Assembly: GCA_046563655.1 (NCBI GenBank) | Contig: CM102287.1 | Coordinates: 7,688,001-7,752,000 of the forward strand | From: Yuukianura sp. NJ FZ-2021 | Lineage: Eukaryota | Direction: 5' to 3' | DNA: 64,000 nt | Shown here: piece after piece, positions 12,406 through 26,100 of the stretch | How positions within the stretch are numbered: position 1 is the first letter of the stretch | Layout of the letters: each line of letters begins with the position of its first letter | Notes under the pieces: model-generated | The model's database searches: none | Told to the model about the DNA's origin: nothing | Seen by the model: the letters and a program-made list of their open reading frames with translations, nothing else | Made by a program: the position numbers and the translations under genes

Positions 12406-15178
12406 ATGGTTGCAGTTCAGTTTCTTCTCCATGCGCTTTGTGCTACTGGAGTTTGTTTACCGTAAGGCTTCAAAAATGACTACTGAACTTTTTAAAGTTA
12501 CTTTTTGAATAGAATTTCGAAAATTTTCAAAATTATGAAATTAGGCATTTCCAACCACCAGCACCGAATCAGGATTTTACGGAACTTAGAACTGGACGAT
12601 CAGAGTTCGATGGCTCGTCGACGCCTCAGGCGTTTCCAAAATCGGGCGCTGTTGAGGGTATTGTGATGCAGACGATTAAGGGAAGAAGCATTGGAGCGTT
12701 TATGGGAATACCTTATGCCATGCCACCAGTGGATAATCTTCGTTTTCGAGTAATTTTTTTAAATTTTGAAAGAAAGTAACAAAAATTCTGAAAAAATTGT
12801 TGAATCCAGCCGCCTCAGCCAATGCCGGCTTGGGAAGGAGTGCGCAAGGCCAACAAAACTTCTCAGCTCTGTTTGCAAATTGACCCTGCACAGTACTTCT
12901 ATGTTGTCGGGCGGGAAGACTGCCTTTACCTCAACGTCTACACGCCAAGCGTACGTTGCCGATGACCTGTTCAAAATTTCGAAATTTTGTAAATGGTTTT
13001 GAAAAATTGTTGAAAATTGGTTACAGCTACCCAAGGAAGATGTTAAGCCAAAGTTGCCCGTGATTGTGTATATTCACGGAGGTGCATATCTCTTCGGCGG
13101 CGGAAGTGACCTCGGACCAGCCTACTTTCTGGACAACGATGTCATCCTCGTGACCTTCAACTATCGACTGGGAGCCCTTGGATTCTTGAGTACTGGAGAT
13201 GCTGCTAGCCCTGGCAACAATGGCATGAAGGACCAAGCTATGGCTCTTCAGTGGGTCAAGGACAATATTGAGCACTTTGGGGGTGACCCAGACAGAATTA
13301 CTTTCATGGGTCAATCTGCCGGCGCCGCTTCGGTTGGACTCCATCTCATGTCGGACTTGTCCAAAAGTATGATTTCAAAACAGACTCAAAAAAATATAAG
13401 TTATGTGAAAATTTTTAATGAATTGTAGATATTCCAAACGCTGCAATTATGCACAGTGGCTCAGCTCATCAAGAATGGACGCTTGTTAACAACACCGTCA
13501 AGAACTCGATGCTGATTGGACAGTCGTTCAAGTGCCCAAAGGATTCTTACGGCATGGTCGAATGTCTCCGAGCACAGAATCCTTATTTCATTGTGTTTCG
13601 AACAATGAAAACGTTTGTAAGACAATTAAAAATTTCGTGAATTGTTAAAAAAAAAACAACTTTCGCCTAAAAAATTTTGTTCAAGACTTCGCTGTTTCGC
13701 CGAACTCATGTTTTGATTGAAATTTTTCCGATTTTTCAGAAAACTTTCTTTTATCCGGCACTGCCGTTTGGCCCTGTCGTGGAAGCTCCTCATCCAGGCG
13801 CATTTTTAACGCAACACCCGAAAGACGCTTACGAACAAGGAAATGTCCGCAGTGTTCCGGTAATCAACGGTATTGTTGAAAACGAAGGCGATTTGTTCAC
13901 ATTTGGTAAGCTATATGCATTTAAAAAAAAAATATTTTCCAAAGAGCTTTGATTTTATGAATTTGAATTTTGAAGAAACCGTACTGTACCCTGGATTGCT
14001 CCGAGCCATCAACCGAAAATGGTTTCAAATGATTCCGTACATTCTCGACTACGCCACGACCACATCCACTCCAGACTTGATTTCTAAGAAAATCAAACAG
14101 TTTTATTTTGGAAATCACACCGTGAACTTCTACACGCGTGACAGGATTAGCAAAATGCTTGGCGACCGTTGGGTGGTGACTGGAGTTCATAAGGCAATGC
14201 AATACCATTCAACAGTAGCTCCAACCTACGGTTACACTTTTACGTACAAAGGACGCTATTCTGTCGCCAAACCGTTGTCGCTCAACCGCGCTGATTGGGG
14301 AGTCACCCACCTTGACGACATTTCGTACTTTCTCAACTCAACTTTGTACTTTGAACCAATGAAATTGGAGGATCCGGAGTTCATCATTTCCGAATTCATG
14401 ACTAACGTTTGGAGTAACTTTGCAGCTACGGGGTACGTCCAAAAATTTGATTTCAAGTTTTCAAATTTGAGTTGAAAAAGTTTTCTTCAAAATTTTAAAT
14501 TCAAAATCTCTAAAATATGTGAAATTTTTTGGTGAATGTCAAAATTTTGGCGAATCTGGGGCATTGGTTAGGTGATAATTCAATTTGCATTTTTTTTTTG
14601 CAAACAGGAAACCGTATTACGTGAATGAGGACGGGGACGACGTTGCATTTTGGAAACCAATCAGTGATCCATTTAACATGAACTTAATTGACATTAATGA
14701 ACAAGTTCGTCAAGTCAAGTTTCCATTTCAAGAGAGAATCAAATTTTGGCAAAGTCTAAATTTTACGGATGACTACGAGTTCCCAGCCAGTTTAGTCACG
14801 AGGAACACCGTCAGGCGAAATGTCGCTCCGACTAAAACCGTGACTGATCAAGGTGCAACTGAAACTAAAGTCATCAACGTCTCAAACTCAGAGAAACTGG
14901 TTATAATCAGTACAACCGAAGCCATTTCCGAGAAAAGCAGTACAACCGAAAACATTTCTGAGAAAAGCAGTACTACCGACAAAAATACTGCCGAAATCAG
15001 TACAACCGCCAAATTTTTCACAAGCACCGGAAAAAGTAGTACAACTAGCAGCGAAGATTCAACAACCACTGAATCGAGTACATCAGAAGAAGAAACGACA
15101 ATTAGCGAAAATCTCGACGATTCAGAGATTACAACTACAGAAAGTAATCTTTTAGAAATTTCGGTTTCGAAATTTTGA
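12406..15178 (+). CDS. Secreted type-B carboxyl/cholinesterase, juvenile-hormone-esterase-like motifs, Ser/Thr-rich C-terminal tail
   Basis: Exons 12406-12461, 12545-12749, 12810-12950, 13027-13366, 13429-13616, 13740-13905, 13976-14432, 14608-15178 join in frame. Motifs GIPYAMPPVDNLRF, EDCLYLNVYTP, HGGAY, NYRLGALGF, GQSAG (Ser), ENEG (Glu), GVTHLDD (His); N-terminal signal peptide. Confidence 0.92.
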
Positions 15179-15707
15179 AAAATTGAATATTTTCAACATT
15201 TGTGAAACTGCAAAAATGCTTTCCAAGTAATCTCTTAAAATCACAAAACCTTAATCTGAGTTCCTAATTGTCGTTTAAGTTGTTGTACTAACCTAAAGTG
15301 TTTGTTTTAAATTAACTGCGACCTTGACCTTTGTTATTAAATGTGTACAAATCACCTTCGAAAATGTTTTGCAACAGTTTTTACAAACTTCAGCGATTCT
15401 GATTTTGGGAATTCGGTTTCCCCCGACTCGTTCCGAATCCTGACAGATCTTTTGTAGGTTGTTGCTGCAGTGAGTGAGTCATGCATCCATGAACATATCC
15501 GTTTTTTTTGGTTTCCCATACAAAACTGCATCAAAAAATCACTTCAAGAAGAAGACTCAAAGAAGATGATGATTTTACTGTACATTTCTAAGTGGAGGAG
15601 GTGTGAATTGTAGAGCAGTTCTCAAAATAAGTAATTAAATTATGAGTGCTTTAAACTGTGCCTCTGCAACTAGCGTCTTTTTTGTTACAAAAAGTTAATC
15701 AAGTGAC

Positions 15708-18700
15708 ATGAGTGGAATGACAACTTGTGGAGTCGGTGTGACCTCGACATCAGCCGGGGTCAATTTGACAGACTCAGCTGAACGACTGTTTCTAGCCGAA
15801 TCGGATGTGATTCACTTGATACTGGAATACTTGACCAGTCGAAAGTTAAATGGAAGTCAGTTGGAACTGGAGAAGGAGACGGGCATTTTCAATGAAATTA
15901 TTCCTTCACCGGATTTAGTTTTTTTAAGGTCATTGGTCCTGGAAGGACGATGGGAAGATGTGCTGGAGTTTCTTCAACCACTGGAAGAAGCGTTCCGCTC
16001 TTTTCCGGGCAAGAAAGTACGGAACACGGTGTACAAGTACTGTTTCCTGGACAAACTGTTATTTGCCCACCATTCCATGACTACAAGCAGTGATGACAAA
16101 AAGGCTAAACTTCTGGAAGAATTGGTCAAAGTAAGGTTAAAATTTCGAAATGTTTTTTCAAATTTTTGGATTTATGAACTGCGTTGAACTATTCACAAAA
16201 ATTGATAACAAATTGGTAATCTCGGACTTCAGTTCAGATTACCAATTGTTTGTCAGGAGAAAGTATAAATAAGGTGCCCTTCAAGCAATTTTTGCGTTTT
16301 TTTAAAAATCTTTTCAAATTAAATTTTAATTTTGGATCATAAAATCCCATCATAACCAAAACCAAAGTCTTATAAAATGTACTGAATTTTAAGACATTTG
16401 TTTTTTTGTTTTTCTTATGTTAAAAAATCTACCGAAGTTCTATTTTACCTAGACTTTTATCCGTAATTTGCTAACGAATGAAACTAAAGGTTGAATGACC
16501 CGAAAAGATTGAAATTTGCAACATTTACTTTTGTGTACAACGCAGTTTGTGGAATGTCTGCCAAAAAGTCAGTCAAACGTAAAAGAGCACCAGCTAATGT
16601 ACACTTCCGTTTTAACCTCAGCTTTACCTTCTAAACACTCAAAATCCAGTAGCGGAAAGATGTTGATTAATTCCGCTAACTACAACTACATGTAATTAAT
16701 CATTGATTTTTGAACTAGGTACTGAACGATATGGAGAACGTTTGTGATTCAAAAGAGGAGTACTCCTCACTATGTCTTCTGCTGACCTCTCCATCTCGAC
16801 TAGCCGAACATCCCGAGTACAAAGACTGGCGATCAGCCACCGCTCGACTCACAGCGTTCAACCACCTCAAACCTCTTGTTCAGCGGTTTATGCCACCGCC
16901 TGGTGGGGCTCAGAAGCCACCACGAATAGCCACCAACGATAGACTCATTCAGCTTCTAATTAAGGGTTTACTTTTTGAGTCATGCGTAGACTTTTGCCAA
17001 TCGAAAGCCCAGATCACGGATAGTAAAAGTCATCAATACACGAAGCCAGACAGCACTCTACGGTTCTCATCGCTGCTCAATGAGCGTCAATTGGCTGAAT
17101 CCGACTTGAGCTTAATATCATGGTTGCAGAGCATCCCGAACAACGTGTTCGGATGTCCATTTCAGCGCAGAAATCTGCGCGTTGATGTCGAACCGCTTCA
17201 AGTAATTCCTCCAAGATATTTAATGAACGTATCGATCATGGACTCGGCTTCGGATCTCCTGTCCAGAAGTATGGCAAGTACAAGTTTCCACTTGAGCGGT
17301 GATCTTCCAACGGACACTTTGAAAACAATGACGACGTCTGTCGATAGGCTCTTTGGTGACATGGCAGTGGATTCATTTCACCAAGCTTTGAGTATCGAAA
17401 AACCTCCGGTATTGGGCCAAGGTCAACTTCAGCAAGTTGGAAAACAAGGTCAGCAACGACCTGTACCGCCCGCCAAACCGCAGCAAGGTCAAGGTCAAGC
17501 TCAACAAACTTCGGGTCAACAAACTCAATACTCAGGATCTTCTACTGCCAAAATTTCAACTGCTGAGCGCGATTTTGAAAATGGGGGTGGTGCTGGCAAA
17601 GCCAAGTTTTTGCCAGTATCACTTCTGGAAGATGTTCAAGCCGTACGTTGCGCTGAATTTCATCCTGCTGGTCGGGTGTTTGCAATTGGCTCGAATTCTA
17701 AAACGTTAAGATTGTGTGCCTATCCGGATCTATCAAAGCTAAAAGAGAATCACGTTGCGTATCAACCTACTATACTTTACAAAAGGACTAAACATCATAA
17801 GGTAATCAATAATTTTAATTAATTTGCAAAATTTGTCAAATTTTCAAATCGATAATGTATTTGTATATGATTTTGGACAGGGTTCGATTTACTGCATGGG
17901 CTGGTCGCCCGATGGCAACTTCTTGGCCACTGGAAGCAATGACAAGAGTGTCAAACTTGTCCGATTTTCGGATGTCACGAATCCAGAATTCGGTGGATCC
18001 CAAGAAACGGAGTTGTCCATGCACGATGGAACTGTGCGTGACATTTGTTTTATTGAAGAAGTGAACAACAAGTCGTCACTGCTCGTCAGCGGTGGAGCGG
18101 GAGACTGCAAAATTTATGTCACTGACCTCTCTACGTCAACTCCGTTTCAAGCTCTGTCAGGTCACACAGGTCAGATCACTTTAACAACTCTGTAGCAATT
18201 TTTCGTAAAAGCATGTTTTTCTGCTTGAAAGTCGCTCAAATATTTTCACTTTTCTACCTATGCCAAAATCTAATCTAAAGTTTCCCTAGAGTCGCGTAGG
18301 TTTCCCATTGTAGTCCCGTTGTGAAACGAAATATTGATCAACTCTGCTAAGTCTTAAGTTGCTTTTTTATTATTGTCAAGTTGCTTATTTGTTTATTTTT
18401 TTTTAGTATTATATTTTATGTCATTTATTTTATTAGGTCCCATTTTGTCGCTGTACAATTGGGGAGGTGGACTATTTTGCAGTGGATCTCAAGACAAGTC
18501 AATTCGGTTCTGGGATTTGCGAACTCGTGGTTGCGTTGATGTCGTAGCGCCACTGACGTCTTCAGCGTCCACAAAGTCACCAGTAGCCTCAGTCTGCGTA
18601 GAATCTTCTGGAAGACTTTTGATCTCAGGCCATGAGGACTCTGCCACTGTTCTCTATGATATCAGAGGTCAACGACAAATCCAAGCTCTAAAGTCACATA

Positions 18701-19024
18701 CTGCCGACGTACGGTCAGTCAGATTCTCTCCAGCTTCCTACTACTTGTTGTCTGCTGGGTAACTTTTTCAAAAAATTAAAAATCCTGATTCTGTTTGCCT
18801 CTGCGGAATGTTAATATTTTGAATTTTTCTGAAATTTCAGTTACGACAATCGCTTGGTGCTGACTGACCTTCAGGGTGACCTTAGTCTTCCGCTTCCGTC
18901 AGTCGTCGTAGCAAGTCATCAGGATAAAGTGATCAGTGGACGCTGGCATCCCACTGAATTCAGTTTTCTATCAACCAGCGCTGACAAAACAGCGATTCTC
19001 TGGGCACTGCCGCCCGAACCCTAA
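15708..19024 (+). CDS. WDR47: WD repeat-containing protein 47 homolog (LisH-CTLH-WD40)
   Basis: Exons 15708-16130, 16719-17801, 17881-18169, 18437-18758, 18841-19024. LisH ([27 protein letters not shown]), CTLH ([20 protein letters not shown]), [22 protein letters not shown], and WD repeats [33 protein letters not shown], ending [13 protein letters not shown]. Confidence 0.92.
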
Positions 19025-20104
19025 AAACTTTAGAAATAAACCGAATCGTACCGAGCGAAAACCGGAACGATACGGTACATGAATCAGTCACAAAGTGGAT
19101 CATGGATTCCGCAATAACAAACTCCATAACTTATTCTACACCAGCAAAAGACGCTTCAAATACTCCTCTTGTTATGTTGCAATTTGAAATTTTAGAGAAA
19201 TAAAAACTATAATTTTAAAAATCCTAAAACTTCCAACACTTTTTATTTCATAGGCTTTTTAATAATCCTTGTAATTGTTGTGTAAACACGTTGAATAATT
19301 TAGAAGAACAGAAAACAAATATGGTTGGAGTGGACGAATGGATAGGTTAAGGTGGTTAGGTGGTTAACGTAACCACCTAACCACTATTTAAACAGGAAGT
19401 GAGTCAACAGGTCAAAGGTCATAGCACCTCAGTCACAAGTGGACACCGGTCATAGGTCACATTAAGTTTGTGTTATGCTCAAGAACGTAAAAGCACCGTT
19501 TTGAAAAAGTCAGAAGACGATTTGGACAAGGAGAGAAACAAATTGAAAAGTGCAACACAAATGGAACAAAAAAAAACGAAAAGTTAGAGTTAAATTTTAA
19601 AATTAGTTTTTTAGGAATTCTAAATTTTCTAGACTTTTTTTTACCTTTGTGAATAAAATTTGTGGCTAAACACTGCGCCTTTCTTGGTGGTTAAAATACA
19701 CAATTGGTTCTAGATTTTTCAGTATTTTTTGGTATAACATTAACTTTTTTTGGTTTGGTTAATTAGAGTAATAGTGTTAAGTACACTTGTTTTAATTTTT
19801 TAGAATTTCTAAAACACCTCTTCACTCTCTCTTCTAAAATTGGTTTGAGTTTTGGTAATTTGTTCTAAAATAAGTTTTTTTACGAACTTTTTTCAAAAAC
19901 TTTCTGCAAACATTTCATTTTTCCAATTCATGAGTAGTTCAAGGATGGTAGAATTGTGAACACTATGATATTTGTTTGTTTTCTTCTGAATTACAATTAG
20001 GAGAGCTTGAATCAATTAAGGTTAGAATTTGGATTAGCCGTTTTTGCAGTATCTTCGCAGTAAATTTCGCGTTAATCTTGTGGATTGATGATTTTGCTCC
20101 GTTT

Positions 20105-23100
20105 TTACATGAGTTTTTGTTTAGCACAGTCTGGGCAGATGATGTCGTCACCATCAGTAATGAAGCCTCGTCCAACTAAAGATGTTTTGCAACTTGCACA
20201 AGTGAAGCAATCATTGTGCCAGTGACGATCTTCAAATGAAATGAACTTCGTGCCACCAATTCCTGGAAAAAAAACGAGAAAATTGCACGTAAAATGTAGT
20301 TTTTTTCAAAAATTCAAATTTGTAAAGATTTAGTGATCTAAGCTATCAAGTTTTTTTGTTCCCAAAAACATGAAGGTCGTATGAAGAGTGAAATATTAGT
20401 TTTGCGGATTCCAAATCCCCTCGTAGGTAGTTCCATTCTCGGGGCTTAATTTGCCAAATGTGAGGCCCATTACGTCTACCTACCCTTAGGAGAAACCCGC
20501 TCTACTAAAAATGGACACTGTCCAAAATTTGGCAAGGAAAATCCTAAGAGATCTGACCAAAAGAGGCTCATTTGACTTTCAAATGGGCTGCACGAAAGAT
20601 GAAGCAGTTAGATCTTTGAAGATCTTCTGGAAGATGAGGATCTGCCAACCTGCGTTAGTTCGAAGGTCGTTTCAGCCGTTTAAAATGAAATTGATGACCT
20701 CGGTCAAACTCACTTTACATCTTCAACTTTCTTAGAATAAACGCTAAAATGTGCTCTAAAATTCAATGAAATCTAAACCGAAAATTTCGTGGCACGTGAA
20801 GCAAAATTTGTATGGTAAAAAGCGCATATCAAGCTGCTTCAACTTTAAACAGAGTGTACTACGCAAGAGAAAAGTTTAAAAATGGCGTAAATATTGAAAA
20901 ACTCGGGTTTGGGAAAGTTTTATTGCAAATGGAACGTTTCCTTGTTAAGAGCAAACAGTTGGGTACCAAGTTGAAAGTGAAATTTCAAAAATCTTTCATA
21001 ATTTTGAAATTTTACCGAAGCAAATACTTTGGTCACTCGGAGTTTGAAAAAAAAACGCTAAAATCATACAGGTCATTGATTAATTTACTCACCTGTGATT
21101 GGTTTGGCACAGGAAGTGCATCGCTTAGCCTGAAAACAAAACAAACCAAAGAAATCTTAATCATTACAATTAAAATCCTGTGTATAATTAACACTACCAT
21201 CAATTAAAAACTTTTAGTCTAACAAATTCGTATCACGATGCCCCGACTAACGCAAAAACGCAGTGCTTCGCACACACACATCTTATTTTCCTTACCGTGC
21301 CCAACCAGCCATGCAGAAAAAAGGAGTCTGGCGTTGAATTTTAAGTTCTAGCTACCGCCAAGTTTTGAATTTGATGTTTTTTAGATCGAAAACTTACAAA
21401 GAGTTCGCCATAGCACTCGGCACAATATGGCTTCTCGTCCTTGCTCGTAAATCGCTGCCCAGCTAACTCATTGTTACAGTTCGTGCAAGAGAAGCATGAG
21501 CGATGATATGGCTCATTCTTGTAAGTGACTCCACCCGAAGTGATGATCTTGTTACACTTCATACATCGCGTTGCAAATTTCTCTTCATAGCACCCAGCGC
21601 TAAAAAAGTTTCAAAAAAATTCAAAATTATTACCCTTCAGAGCCCATACACACAACAAAGTGCTGAGGCTTTCAGCGGTTGGTTCATTTTATTTTTACCA
21701 ATAAATTTCCTGCTCCCGGGGAATAAAACTCTTGGTTCCAATGGGCGTTTTGCAGACGACGCAAGAGAAGCATTTCTCATGCCACTGTCGAGTCTTGTAC
21801 TCCATTTTCTTCGTACCTAAATTTAGAACAAACTGTTTTTAGAAAAAGTTTAAAAAAGTCCGCCCTCTCCATCAGCTCATCTCTCTATGCCTCTAAAAGG
21901 TCAACTAGGTCAACCAACCATTCATTCAAACGTTTTGGCCACTCAAGTGACCATGATGATCAATCGAGATCATCTTAAGACGTGTGTCCCTACAAGGAGC
22001 CTCTGCCCAAACTAACTTAATTTAGCATTACACAGAACCAATTTGTTAGGTTGTGACTTCCCAATGACGATGCATTACCACTGCACTATTGCAAAAATTT
22101 CAGTCTATTCTAACATTTAACCTAAAGTCTGCCCTGAAATGCAGTTGTGTCTCTGCTAGGGGCAAGAATTGTTCAAGGTAAATCACAATCTTAATTAATT
22201 CCAGCATTGTTCATCATCACTACCAATTTTAGAAATGGAATGACGAATAGACTCATAAGAGTTTACAAATTGCGAAATTAATTGACAAGTTTTTGCAACA
22301 TTTTTCAAACTCATGTGCATAACCTAACATTTGCGTCACCTAAAGCCTAATGTCTACCGTCGTCAATTGTCCATCACTTCCACGGTTCCATGAAAATCTA
22401 AGTGAAAAGGCGCGGCAAGTCCAAGGTCAATTAACACCTTGGATCACTATGTTGGTTCACTACAGAAATGTACTATGTGCCAAATATTTCCTTTCACTTT
22501 TTGATTTTTTGCAACATTTTCGCTAAGCTTCACACCGTTTTTCCAAATTTCAGTAGCGATGCAGATAGATTTCTGCTGAAACGGCAGTTGGGCCAACAGG
22601 ACCAGGAGGTAAATCGTTGGAATTCTGAGCTTTTTCAACATTTTCCGACGTTCAAATGCGTTTTCAAAAATTTTGAAAACTTGATTCCAAATAGATCTGA
22701 AAATTTGGCAATTTACCAAGAGACGCCTCCTTAGGATTTCCGTATTTGCACTCTTCGCGCAAGCAACAGTAGAACCCCTCTCCAGGCATGATCATGGACA
22801 ACATTGCAATGTCGTCGTCTGTCTCTGTAGGCTTTCTAGGTTGTGTCACTGTCTTAGTAGCCAGTTTCTTTCCATTGCTGGTCGTAATTGTTAAGTTTCG
22901 CGAAAGGGCACCAGCCAAGTCACCCATTTTGCAAATGTTTTTAGCAATTTTCAATGTAACTTTGCAAGTTTCTAGCAATTTTTAAGGTAACTTTGCAAAT
23001 TATTAGCACAATGAAATGTTTCTTCTGGAAAACTCCTTTCTCTTGGCCTAGATAAACTAAAATGTGCGGCTTCTGGAAGAAAACAAGTTAAGATATGAAT

Positions 23101-26100
23101 CCACTATCGACTGGACCTGTCAGAGGTCAGTTAGTGTGACCTCCTTTCTACTCCACTGCCAATTCCAAACTAGTGTCAACTACTGTGAATGCAAAAAGAA
23201 ATAGGAAGAAAGACAAGCCGTAAACAATGAAGTTAAGGTGAGAAGTGGCCAGGTGTACGGAATCAGATTTTGCATGATTCTTTATTATGTGGCAGAGCGT
23301 GGGGAAAATTGGGTGTGCCAATGGCTACAAACCTCTGGCCAACAGGCAACAAACAAATTTGCAAACATTTTGGCAAATTGCAGTCTCAATTCTAATTGGA
23401 CATGGAACTCATTCTCCGAAGTTATAAAAAAAAGTTAGCCAAACAAGACACGCCAAAATGTCTGAATCCAACGAATTATTCCAAATTTTGCTCAATTTAG
23501 TAAATTGGAACAAAATTTGCTTCTAATTTGATAAAAGCAATAGTAACAAAGTGCTTTTTGCTAAATAGCCTGGCAGAAACTTTGCAAAAACTTAACAAAA
23601 ATCCTAATTTGCAAACATTGAACAAAAATTTGCAATTTGTAAACTGCAAGTCCTGCTTTTGTAAATCCTCAAATTTTGCAATTTGTTGCAAAGTTTGGTC
23701 AATTGACGCTAAAATTTTTTAAGTTGCTAGAACAGGAGGAAAAATTAAAGAAAACTTTGAGTTGAAATATTTCTCATGTTTCTGATCAATTTTTTTCCAA
23801 CGTTAAATCGTGAAATCCATCAGTTTAGTTATTCGCGGATTTGAAAATTGTATTTGTTCCGAAATCCGATTCAAAATTCAAAATTTGCAAAAATGACATA
23901 ATCAATGATGTCAAAAATCCTTGATAAATTCTCCTGTGATCTTGATACATCCAAATACGACTAAATTCAAATGACAGGATGAACTGCAGGCGACTCGGAT
24001 GGAAAAGGTGACCCCACACTTCAAATTAAAATCAAACAATCACAGAAGCTTTGACCTCGCATCCTGACAAATTAAAATCAATTAACTCCGTTGAATGAAC
24101 CACCTCTTCTCAACAATGAAACCAACACTACAGTACTATAGTTACTTTGGCCTTCCAACAATCAAAAATGCTAACAACCAACCCAAAAAACTTCCGCTCA
24201 ATTGTTACATAATCAGGTAGGTTACTCATAATGACCATCCTTCCCATTTCTATCAAATTAAAATCGAAGCTGGGCGTTGAGCGCACTCCCTCAAAATTTT
24301 GCAAATTCGCAAATCTCCAAGCTTCTTCAAAAGCACTTCAGCGGAACTCATAAATTTCCTGTGACAAATATCTTAATTTCTGCTTTATGACATGTCGTGT
24401 CCTGACTTTGTAAGGAAGTCCAAGTCGTGCTAAACCTAAACTTGAAAAGCTCAGGGATTCATCGAAGCGTTGCATAGTTTTGTCGCTTCTTATGTATCAC
24501 GTCCGTCACTTTCAGCGTCCCACGCATCTTTAGACACCAAGTCGACCAATCACCATAACGTAGGTTGCCTACGGTAAACTATTCAAGGTAGCCAAGAGAA
24601 CCAGAAACCATTTCAAATCTCTGTCATGAAAAGCACATTAAGAACATACTACATAAGGTGAAAACCTGAATAAGCAAAATGTATCACCAAAGACTACAAG
24701 ATCCTTTGTTTGCGAAAATTCCACGTGCCAAACCCAAAAACGAGAAACTAGATACTACTACAAAAGATGCTTCAAAAGTTAGACCAAAGCTGGTCAAAAT
24801 TCAGAAAAAAATCTGAGAGACAAGTGGAAGCTCAGCAACAGTTTCTTCGTGTCTTCTTTTTTTGCAACCTAGGAAGCAGCCATAACAAATTGCAAAAAAT
24901 GAAGTCACCATCTATTTATATACTGTGAACTCAGAAGAAGATGCGGAAGAATTTTGCACACGAACAAAACGTCTGCTACTTTTCCTACTGAAGATGAACA
25001 AGACAATCATCTTTGCCCAAAAACTTTGTTCATGTTTCTTTCCAAGTCTTTTTCGGTTTAAATTTCCCCTTTAGAACGATAACACTAGGCATTTCCAAAA
25101 CTTTTTACGAGATAGCCGGAAAATACTGTTGTGGAATTGACGTAAAACGCTGCTGGTCTCGGTAGCGCTTTTTGTTGCACAATATTTTGCAAAAACGGGC
25201 TGGAAAACATTCATCTCGAGGCACTTATGAAGTTTAAAAGGACCGAAGCGCCTCATAAATAGTAAAAGCGAGCCTCAGGAGAGATAAGCGCAGCAAGACA
25301 AACAAAGAATATGACAGCTCCGAGCCGTGTTCTTTTGTGCAAATTTTTTTTGCACAAATTTGGGCGTAGGAAGACGAGTTTAACCTTACTTAACTTTTGG
25401 GGGCGGAGAATCCACCCCTAAAAATATTGTGACTTGAGAAGATGGAGGATTCAGGCTTTCATATCATAATTTTTGTCAACTTTATGCGAAAAAAAGTTGT
25501 ATTTTTTTTTAATGTTGACAATTAATTTTGCGAAATGTCATCAAAATTTTGATAGTCGGAGATGGCGGTGATGTCATTATTATAAAAGTAAGATGAAGCT
25601 GACCTTGTTGACCTTTGGGAATTTTCTGCTCAAAGTTGAAAAAAATAGAAAACTAGAAGTTAGGCTAACCTGCTCGAAATACTTCACCACACCCATCACA
25701 TCGTGAGGCAAATTGGGCATCGTAGCAATTACTGCAGTAAATCTTCTCTGCCTAGTAATTAAATTACACAATTAATTTGAATTAACTTCCTGCTTTTAAG
25801 TGTTAATTGTAATTAAACTTTTTGTTTTAATTAAAATTCACACCAACCTTGGATCCGAATTGTTTGTCGACAAGTGATACGCGACACTTGCTGCAGAGGA
25901 AACAGACTTCATGCCAATGTTTGTCCTTGTACGATAAATCCTAGTGGGTGAAATCAAATTGTTGAAAACATATAATTTATTAATATTACTATATTGTTAT
26001 ATTAATTATTTATTAATGTTGAAGTCCAGTTTATGAAGTGTATTATCATCACCACCAACCAACCACCAACTACTAACACGGGCAGAAATTCGGCTGTAAA

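Noticed and set aside
21296..21330. Possible extra Limpet micro-exon (CAG...GTAAG on - strand)
   Set aside because: Phases (0 in, 2 out) fit neither flanking exon and the peptide is not LIM-like.
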